DNA of 63,997 nucleotides, filler included, from Basidiobolus ranarum (Eukaryota): NCBI GenBank assembly GCA_040143965.1. It is 5 parts of 5 records of this genome, joined end to end, with 100 filler letters (N's around TTAATTAATTAA, not from the genome) between each part and the next. Parts side by side here need not be neighbours in the genome. Positions count along the whole stretch, not along the records: positions 53,055 to 63,997 come from JASJQH010007528.1; 4 more parts are not named here. One strand, 5' to 3'. Shown piece by piece: positions 53,312 to 63,997 of this stretch (position 1 is its first letter; each line of letters starts with the position of its first letter). The notes under the pieces were generated by a model. It saw only the letters and a program-made list of their open reading frames with translations, ran no database searches and was not told where the DNA came from. The position numbers and the translations under genes were made by a program.

Positions 53312-55283
53312 TCAATGTATAATAAACGACCATCATTCAATCATTTTCTTAGATAAATATTTAAATGAACCCTTTCTGACCGTTCTGATTGGATATTAAC
53401 CAAACGCTAAGTACAGTAACATTTTACTCCATCTTTGATGCCATATTAGTTCAATCCATGATTCGGAAAGAAATGGCCTAGGCTTTATTCTTGTAACTGA
53501 CATCAGTGAATACAAGTGGTGAATTGCCACAATGTCTATTAGCACAAGTCATTTGAATAGAGTTTGGGGAAGAATCTGTGAACGAAACGCTGCGATTATT
53601 TTTGACCCAGGATTGCCTCATGTGTATTGACTAGAAAATACTAGAGAATTTCACTGATTGGAGAAGTCAAAATATAGCATTGTACCGAGTTTCTGTTGGT
53701 ACCACTTACATGAGAACCTGGCAAGCTCAATACAGGTAGGTAGGGAAATGGTTTGAAAAATATTGGTGTTGGTTACCCTTCACAAAATTTTATCAGTTCC
53801 CTTGGCCAATTTCCACCTGGAACAGTGTACCACGAATATTATTTCCAACTAAAATTTCTTGACTAAAATTAGTAGATCGAAGTTTACTTGGGGATACCTA
53901 CACTCTTCCTATTCCTCTTATTTCGATCTCTGCATATTATTTTGATATGTTACACTCCCCCCTTGCCTAAGTTACTCTAATATGTGGCCATAATGAGATC
54001 CCAGAGTTCGTACAAGTAATTGACAGTGTGGTTGCAGGAATGAACGAGGGATAGCAATATTCCTATTTGGATATTTGTCATTAAGCTACTTGATGCCATA
54101 TAATATGCATTGATAAAGGGGATTGATGGTCATACTTACCGCCTGATGCCACAAGCCTCACCCTTTTCTGTGATATGCTGGATCAATCATAAAAGCACAC
54201 TGTTTATGGAAAGGTAGATCCGTCAGTGCATTAATCCTTAAGCATTCCAAAAATAGGACACTTGATGATAGCACTAAGCATATTCCTGTAGAGTGAGATA
54301 CATGTATATGTAATGTATTGACTTGATGCGTATGATAAGGAAATTTCATGAACGCTCAACGGGTTATTCATCATCATCATCGTATGCTTGCAGTAGAGTA
54401 TATTGGTACTAAACCCTTCAATGGATCGATTCAAATTAGAGACTTCAACCACTGGTACAGGTAGAAACGCAAAACTGATACTCGAATCTATTCATGCCTA
54501 ATGTACTTATGAATATTTAAAGCAAACTGTAGCATTTTCCAAAAGTGAGGTCAACCCAACATGTATCATTGATAACCCTGGCAGTCCAAAAGTTCCTCAT
54601 ACAAATCTCAGGGTATTTCTAAATAATATATTAAACCTACCAGGTACTTCTCTTCTACAAGGATACCACAAATGTGTTCATGGGGTTGTGACCATATGGA
54701 TATACATTACTGCTGATTCCGGTCACATGATCCAGATATTACAGTGGGTAACGAGTTCTTGTAGCTGTAAGAGGATACCATCATCGGGGAGAGATCCGCC
54801 TGTGGATTGTAGCAACACTCAATCGTAGAGCCCGAGGCGACAAAAGTAGGAGTAGATTCGGATCAGATGGTCAAAAGGTAGAGAATATCACAAAGTGGTT
54901 CCGCTGAAACATATTCCAAGTGACAGTAGAGATAGATATGAAAGTTGTATGGAAAGTGAGTTGCGTTACATATGACTTCGAGTCTACTGAAAATTCATTC
55001 ATAGCAAGTTGAAGTCTTCTCATGAAAGTGAGACAATATATATCATACTGTCAATTATAAACGATCTTGGACAAGAATTATTGGTGACGATCATTTAATA
55101 GCAGTTAATATTTGAAATGATCCAAAGTCTCATTTTCAGGGATCATCCCTAGATCCTAGATCATGAAAATATATCATGAAGAGATTTGGGGCAGACCTGA
55201 TACTAAATAAATTTTGAAATTACTCTAACATCTTTCCTTCTTTCCAATTTTTGGTCGACACCCTTCGATCTATTACAACAGAA

Positions 55284-55949
55284 ATGGCTCCTAAAGCTAA
55301 AGGTAGTTAAATCAAACATATAATCCATAATAAAAGAGCCATTTGAGACGGCCTGTTGTAGCAAATAATCCCGGACTTGATTGTCTATCCTTTTTCATAA
55401 TTTCACGCATCCATCCATTAAGCCAATCACTGCACCTACCCAATTCCACTCCATTATGAGTTTCTGTAGAATCCAAAATGTATACGCACCAACATTAACA
55501 AATTCATGATATTTTTAGTTGCTTCTGAGAAGAATAAGGCTCTCGCCGCCAAGAAGGCTGCCTTGAAGGGTACTCATGGTTCTGCTCTCCGTAAGGTCCG
55601 TACCTCTACTACCTTCCGCCTTCCCAAGACCCTCCGTCTTGCTCGTGCTCCTCGTTACCCTCGTAAGTCAGTCCCTAGTGCTCCTCGCATGGACCAATAC
55701 GAAGTTATTCGTAGCCCCTTGAACACCGAGACTGCCATCAAGAAGATCGAAGACAACAATACTTTGGTATTCCTCTGTGATGTTCGTGCTAACAAGCGTC
55801 AAATTCGTGAGGCAGTTAAGCGTCTTTATGATGTCGAAGCCGCTAAGATCAACACCCTCATCCGTCCTGATGGACAAAAGAAGGCTTATGTTCGTCTTAC
55901 CGCCGATGTTGATGCTTTGGATGTTGCCAACAAGATTGGCTTTATCTAA
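55284..55949 (+). CDS. RPL25: 60S ribosomal protein uL23 (L25/L23a), 2 exons
   Basis: Exon 1 55284-55302 (MAPKAK), intron 55303-55518, then [14 protein letters not shown]...[19 protein letters not shown]...[18 protein letters not shown]...ANKIGFI. Strong codon bias. Confidence 0.97.
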
Positions 55950-56508
55950 AAGACTGATGAGCTCTATGATTCTGTATATCAATAAAAGTGCAAGTCTTAT
56001 TTCTCTAAATTCAGTTCACCCTTTCTAGCTAATTTGGAGGGAGGGGAGTTTGTGTGTTATTCTGAGAGGAATCTGACCTGTGCCTGATAGTTTTGTTCTA
56101 CTAATATGAATGTAAAGACTAGAAACCATTCAAATTTACAGTTTGATACCGATCAGGAATATGTCCAATTTCGACGTAAACATAGGATGCGCCTATTGAC
56201 GATGTGCAACGTTGTATAGAGACTCAAGCTAGTACAGAAGTTGGCAAATCTATCCTAAAAGGAATGATGGTATTATCAACAACGTCACTCATTTTCTCAG
56301 TTGAGATTCGCAAGCAACAAGAACACACTCAATGCGTTCAAAAAAAGGATTTTCCGGTTGGTTTATAAGAAAGATAAGAGAAAACAAAAGTACATCTGGA
56401 GAAAAAGAGATTTCATCTTTTTTTGTACAGGTAAAAGAGTAACAGGAGCGAAAATGATGAGGGATGGGCCAGGGGTAACTACGTCATACTATACAATATG
56501 AATGGTAC

Positions 56509-57819
<1,311 letters not shown>

Positions 57820-60403
57820 AATGCTATAGATTTATCTTCCAAAATACACGAGATTGACTAGTCAAAAATCAGAATGAAGAAATTTATATGCTACTCGAGA
57901 GATGTAAAGGAAGGAAGTTAGAATTGAGATGTATCAATGATTGGATGATAAAGGGAATCCCACAATTCTTCGGTGCAAAAATTCTGGTTTAGGATTAGCT
58001 AATGAATTTTTGTGAGACAAGCGGTATGAATAGTTGTGAAGAACCAAAAGCCCCAAATACGCTTGAATATATTTTGGGATATTCTTTTCCAAGGGAGAAG
58101 CTGGAATGAACAACAACGACCAAGAGACAGCTTTACTGGGTAGTGCAAAGACTCTGAAGTTTTCTTGCTATTGGACCAATGATTTGTTGAATGAGATGGA
58201 CTTGAGAAATGCTTACTAGAATTACCCTGATTCCAATAAAATTTTGAATCTCGCTGTAGTACAATATCAATATATTTCAGTGTAAGGGTTTTTCGCCTTT
58301 TCCCGATAATTTTATATTTTTTTTTACCTATTTAGAAACACTTAGAGTGACCAGTTGTAGAGTAACAATATCAATCACTTGCTGACGCATCCTGAGACTG
58401 TGGTACAGATAATTTATGTTGATTTATCCGTAGTTGGTTGTCCATTGATAAGGGATTTTGGAAACCAATTAAAGCAATACGAAATCACCCAAGTATCATC
58501 ATAAACTGGCATTCGATTAGGTGAAGAAAAATTCCTATAAATTCCTATATCATATAGAGGATTCGAGGCTGCATTCTGAAGTAGAATACATGTTGAGGTT
58601 GCTAGCTGTATAACTAACCGTTATTCGTAATCATTTTTTTGGAGCGATGTTTATCAATATATCTAATTCATTCACAATGTCTCTTCACAGCCAGCCGAAT
58701 AGGTTTGTTTGTGGTTTTAAGTACCTTTATGGTAAGTTGTAAGTTACGAGGAAATTGAAAGCAATCCCTTTGAGAATCTGGAATCCAGTAAGGTTGGCAT
58801 TTTTCTTTACAGTCTCGTACTGTTATGTAGAATATTCAATAATTTGTCGATTGACGAGTTCGTATTGCAAAAAGGATGCTAAATGGAATTAGCCATACCT
58901 CTTGTATTTGTACATATTTATCAGCTGGTTTATTCACTTCAAACCAGTTCAATCTTCCTGCATTTCATATAGAAATCTATCTAACGAGGGATAATATATA
59001 GAAAGTAACAAAAAATGATAAAATAAACTCTACAACGGTGATGAGCAGCAACAGAGAAGAGTTCTACTTGCTAAATATAAGTGTATGCTTTTGATGTGCT
59101 CTACATTAATAGCCCTGGAGGATGATATTATTGTATGATCTTAGCGACGACTCTACTGTTTATCTTATTTTCCTGCTAATAAACCAAACTCTTGCATATG
59201 TTGTCGTACATGTTGTGCGCACGGAAGACAATCCGAATTGTGTACTCTGCCTCTCATCTGTTACAATATCGAAGGAAGTCACAATATGGTCTTGATCAAA
59301 CTGATACCAAGTTGAGGTACTCCCAAGTATATTTTTATTGTAACATTCATGTACGCTTTGTTTCTAAATCAGGGAGTATATGGCTTAATTAAGAAAAAAG
59401 CGGGCAGGATCAACTTATGTTATGCAACTTATATGCATGTTTACCTCTGATTAGACTATTGAAAAGCGTGAGCGTCACCGAGTACAATTAAGTCTCAATC
59501 TAGAGCATTTTGTAGCTCAGTTAGAGTAAGATTGAGTGGATCACACAGTGGTTTTTAGCTCCAATTAGAGATGGCATGTAGTTAATTTTTGGTGTATTCT
59601 TTCTTTGGCCTTATTACTGAGCACTGATGAGTTCCTGCCCTTTATCAACAGTTTTTACAGAGAACATATGGGTTTAAATCGTACTGAAGATAATGCCACA
59701 CAATAAAAGGCACTTCCGATAGTAGTAATATGTGCTGGTAGTCGTTTGTGCCTCGGCCTTATTATCAATGAATTAGGTTTCAAACTTCAATGCGACATCA
59801 GTGATCTCTGCCAATATTGGGATAAGCCACTAGATGTAATTCAATGCATGAAACGAAATGGGAAACTTCCAAATCATCGACATGTATAATATCCAAATCC
59901 CATGGAGTGTCATTAAAACCAAGGTACACGCATTTGCCTCTTTACTCATTAGATTTCCATAGTATTACGGTGGAATAGTCTACAGATGCCTAGAAACTCA
60001 TCTATTTTAATATCGAATTCTTACATGTTATGGAAACACCTCTTTTCGAACCTGTAAATCTCATCTATCTTAGACTACAGTTGCTCCTTTGTATGCCAAT
60101 GAAATCTTCAAGAGTGAATTTCTGACGAGACTGTTCCACCCCAAATCTGGTTGGCATAATGATTGATCACAATAACGGGACTCCAGTCTATTCTTAAATC
60201 ATGCGCACATTTCGCCTGTGAAATATCAAGGTTGATGGAATACACACTGAACACTCATCTTCTATTCTCTCCTATATATTCACACAAGGTTCAACGTCAT
60301 TCTCAGGCTATCACGTGAACACCCATGAATTCTTATTTGAAGGGGGCATGGTCGCTCTCCTTTGCCAAACAACTATCTCTCTTCTGTCTTTCAGGATAAA
60401 GCT

Positions 60404-60741
60404 ATGGATACTTTCTGGAGCCGCCCTAATAAAGTTATCGAAAAGCAGCGACTATTCCAGGTATATTGAGTGTATTTCCCGAGCGTCAATGTAGCTTTTT
60501 CTTCATGCAATATTAAGTCAATGAACCACTTTAGTCGCAAGCACACAAGCCCGTCTGGCTGAAGGCACCTAAGGACAAGGCCATTGTTGTTACTTTCTTT
60601 GTGTTTATCGGAACTGCTCTCAGTGGTGCATTGTATGGTACCGTCCAGTTAGCCCGAGTAAGTGTCCAACTATTTTCTTAGTCTATAGGTGAACTCTTTA
60701 CAACGTACTGATTCAATCTAATTTAGGGCAAGAAGGATTGA
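60404..60741 (+). CDS. COX7: Cytochrome c oxidase subunit VII (Cox7/COX7A family), 3 exons, 64 aa
   Basis: Exons 60404-60460, 60535-60657 and 60727-60741 give MDTFWSRPNKVIEKQRLFQSQAHKPVWLKAPKDKAIVVTFFVFIGTALSGALYGTVQLARGKKD, with the NKV.EKQ..FQ and PVWLK motifs plus one TM helix. Confidence 0.9.
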
Positions 60742-62228
60742 TCTGAGATTGCAGGCAGACATATATATTTGCTACATCATTTGCATCTAATACCTGTGTG
60801 GTGTTCAGTATCGTCGCTTGTTTATGATGGATTGTATCATGGTGTTTAAATGTAAGGATACCGTTATTCGTCTAAGTTTAGCTCTACTTGGTCATTTGCT
60901 TTTTCAATAAAATGTGAAGATACGTTGCTCTCGTTTCTTTGATCATACGTAAAGAATACTATCATAGTTGTAGCATCAGAATATGGGCTCATGGTTTTTT
61001 GACATGTAAAATGAAATGGTAATAATGAGAGTTCAATACATATAGAGAGCTTATTATTTTGATGATAGGCTTGCAACTGCATACTTGGTATGTGCTTCTT
61101 AGGATTGGGCCAATATTAGTAACTGCTAAACAATGAAAATCTGCTTACTGAATTTAGAACAGCTAGATAGTAAAAGAAATACTTAGCAAACCAAATGAGT
61201 TAATACCATCCTAATGATGGGCTGATAATTCTGGGTCAGTGATTAATTAGTATCAGGGTTTAGCTCTCTTGGTTTGTACTATATGCGCCATCTCAATGCT
61301 ATTAGCAGACATGAGGATAGAAATCTAGCGATCCGTTAAAATATACCACCAAATAGAGTAAAGGATAATGAGGTGCCGAATTGGTTGGTCAGGGGTTACA
61401 GTGCTGGTGGGAATGTTCTAGTGCCATGTGAAAGTCAACCTCGTTTAGATCTGAGTTAAACTTGCATAAATTGGGCTGTGGCTTGTTATTTTTAAAAGCG
61501 AGCCAGATATATTTCTCATTGCATTTATAGAGAGTACTCTTTGTTGAAAGGCTAGGCCATATAAATAACAGTTGTTAGGATACTCAAATAGCATTGATAA
61601 AGCAGGTATTATGTGTATATACATATATATATAGTATATACATGTATATTCAGAAATGAGATGATGGACCTTGACCTAAAGAACAGTCGAAGGTATCGAA
61701 GAGTGAAGTGACAATTCCACAGCTTAGTTTTAAGTTTGCATAAATGAAAGGGGCTGGTGATGATATGTGTGCGTAGTTGACAAAAAAATTCGTAGGTGTA
61801 TGAGATAAAGTTGCCACTCTTTTTCGATTCACAAAGAAAAGAGAAGAATATCAGGTCAGCAGAAAAATGACAGGATGATATATAGTGATAGTTAGTAAAG
61901 GCGGCTCTTCAAGTTAAGCGAATAAGTGTTGGGGTAAATCAAGACTTCAGAGGATTGTAAGCATATATGAAAAAAGAAGTTCATGGGCTATGTTACAAGG
62001 AAGTAATAGGCCTTGAAAAAGATAATGGTAAGCAGACTAAGAAGGTAAACAATTTTCAAAGGATCAAATAATAGGGTGTTTCACTGGCAGAAGTACTAAT
62101 AGTTCCAATTTTAAGCCTGAAAGAATAAGAAATACTGGCACAACAGTATACCTTCGAAGTTCGCATTGTTAACACTCTAGTGAGAAAATTAAAAACGGCT
62201 TTGTTAAACTCTCTGGCTGGAAGTAGAT

Positions 62229-62606
62229 TTAGGAGTTTCTCACTGGCCCTTCGGAGCGCATATAATCTCGTACAACTCGAAGGCATTGTAAGGCTAAGTT
62301 CCATATGGTATTTAGTATATCTCGCTCGAACTCTACACCGTTCTCCTCTCCTTTCTTTTTTATCCATTCTTTCCAGAGTGTGGAATAATCACTTATGTTC
62401 TCACTGTAGATCCTAACTAGAAAATCATAGCCAGTCAAAAAGTAGCTTGCGAAGAATACGCTAATCACAAAGCCTACACACAAAGAGTATACTGCTATGA
62501 TAAAGGGCATCAAGAAAATAGAAGGAGGAACACTTGACAGCTTTAACAAAGAGGTCCGAGATGTGTTTAAAAAGGCCGCCAAAATATGGGAAGTAGGTTT
62601 TTGCAT
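62229..62606 (-). CDS. Hypothetical small membrane protein (3' structure uncertain, possibly spliced)
   Basis: ATG-initiated 125 aa ORF with a long hydrophobic stretch, a pyrimidine-rich upstream leader and a possible GTGAGA donor near 62243. No family recognised. Confidence 0.4.
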   Translation of the reverse strand: MQKPTSHILAAFLNTSRTSLLKLSSVPPSIFLMPFIIAVYSLCVGFVISVFFASYFLTGYDFLVRIYSENISDYSTLWKEWIKKKGEENGVEFERDILNTIWNLALQCLRVVRDYMRSEGPVRNS

Positions 62607-63997
62607 ATTTACAGCTGAAATGGGCTCCCCAAAAGAGATAAAAGTATAAAAGGTTATTCAGACGCTATGCAATCTCCGAGTTGCAAATAGTATCCCGAGC
62701 TTTATGTCTAACACTCTCTAAATATTGCTGGAGAGATATAAGAGTGGTAAAAAAGAATACGAGACGGAGGCTGAGAGAAGAGAAAGGAATAAAAAGAATT
62801 AACCTAAAAAGGGCGGTAAAATGGTGAACAAAGAATGAACAGCTAATAGGTGAACGAGAGCTCTAATATGACATTATTCTTGTATTGTACACTCCCTAGC
62901 AAATGATCTCTTGATGAAGTAAAATCAATTGAAAACCTGTAGGATCCAAGCAACTAGACTTAGACACCAGGAGATATATACAATGAATGCGTTGGTATAT
63001 TTTACTAGACCCTAAAGCTATTCATAGCTATCATGCGCAGATCAAAAAATGGCAACAATTTTGACTATAAGCGGTGTCTGCGACTGAGTTGATAGAAGAG
63101 ATAGCTTGGGCTGGGGCTAAATTTAAACTTTTGCATTCTTTGCACATCTCCTGATTTGACGATCGAGTGCGAGCAAATTGGATTACCCAGGTATAACCCT
63201 CCTCTGAGCTTGGGATCCAGATCAAATTAATTTATTTAGGGCATATAAGGCATACATCCAATGTCTCATCTCCCTGAATGGTGCTGCTCACCACTGCTTT
63301 GTGGGAACACTGTGGACGTTCTTTGCTGAAGTGGTGATGCCTTGACATCATAGATTCCGTGGCTCTTTGTGCTATTCACTCAGCCACCCTGTCGACTAAA
63401 GGAGTAAGAGCAGGCCTCTTTGTTGAAGTCAAACAACTGAGCTCTATAGCGAGCGAGCTCTTGGCTCGGATTCGATGACTCTCTGAGACAAATGAATTAG
63501 ACGACTTGATGATGTGATGATTGCGAAGAAAAGATGACTCTAGAATCCTATGCCTAATTCCAATCCGTCTGATTTACTCAACCCTCTGGATCCTGTTTAA
63601 ATCCAGAGCCTACCCCAATGGTTATCTGGGCCTTGAATTCCCTTTATCCATGATTATCAACATGAATTCCAACAGCAACCATCACATGAACCAATGGCGC
63701 TGGCCTTCTTGCGGCATGCGTTTCTTCTGGCAGCTTATCGACTCTGATCTAGCCTGTGATTGCACCATTGCTCTGCAACTCGATTGATCATGTCTCCATT
63801 TAGTTATAGCTGCTGGAGGTGAGAAAGCAACCAGAATACACATGTAACCATGTTTACCTCTCCATGCAATGCTGCTGAAACCAAATACCTTAGAACTCGG
63901 GTTCTCTTCCATTTAGTGGCAATGCTACTTACACTTGGAATTTGTCGCCTTTGCCGGGAGTCTAGGCTGTACGCCCGCAATCTGATGAACTAGTTAT

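Noticed and set aside
59625-59670. CTGATGAG followed by a weak stem, hammerhead-like
   Set aside because: No GAAA core after the putative stem II and no stems I/III.
63200-63997. Coding-like composition and short ORFs at the window end
   Set aside because: All frames are interrupted by stops, and no consistent splice model or family could be found.

Overview
Eukaryotic, intron-rich DNA with short (mostly 50-80 nt) GT-AG introns. The gene content points to an early-diverging fungus (Zoopagomycota/Mucoromycota-like; inference). The window is not one locus. It is five pieces joined by artificial 100-nt N/TTAATTAATTAA spacers. The three complete pieces are 13163, 13139 and 13138 bp and the first is at least 13214 bp, which suggests size-sorted unplaced contigs. 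Recognisable genes: Rax1-like RGS membrane protein, secreted CBM9-like protein, LrgAB fusion transporter, PUS7 (5' part), a giant CH-CH/spectrin-like/GAR protein, a bromodomain-like + kinase protein, saccharopine dehydrogenase-like oxidoreductase, Pho80/Pcl-type cyclin, Baeyer-Villiger monooxygenase, Avt3/4-like amino-acid transporter, SSS transporter (5' part), GPCR-like protein, TM-ARM-SPRY-SPRY protein, SNF2-family remodeller (3' part), PCT1 (3' end), RPL25, PP1 (GLC7) and a spliced COX7 missed by the ORF track. Mobile DNA: a LINE RT relic, two Ty1/Copia pol fragments and four copies of one Copia LTR family. Three LTR copies have 5-bp target-site duplications, and one is nested antisense inside the RNase H of its own family. 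The most striking item is a spectraplakin-like (MACF1/Shot-type) actin-microtubule crosslinker architecture in a fungus, whose GAR domain is completed by an 11-nt microexon.
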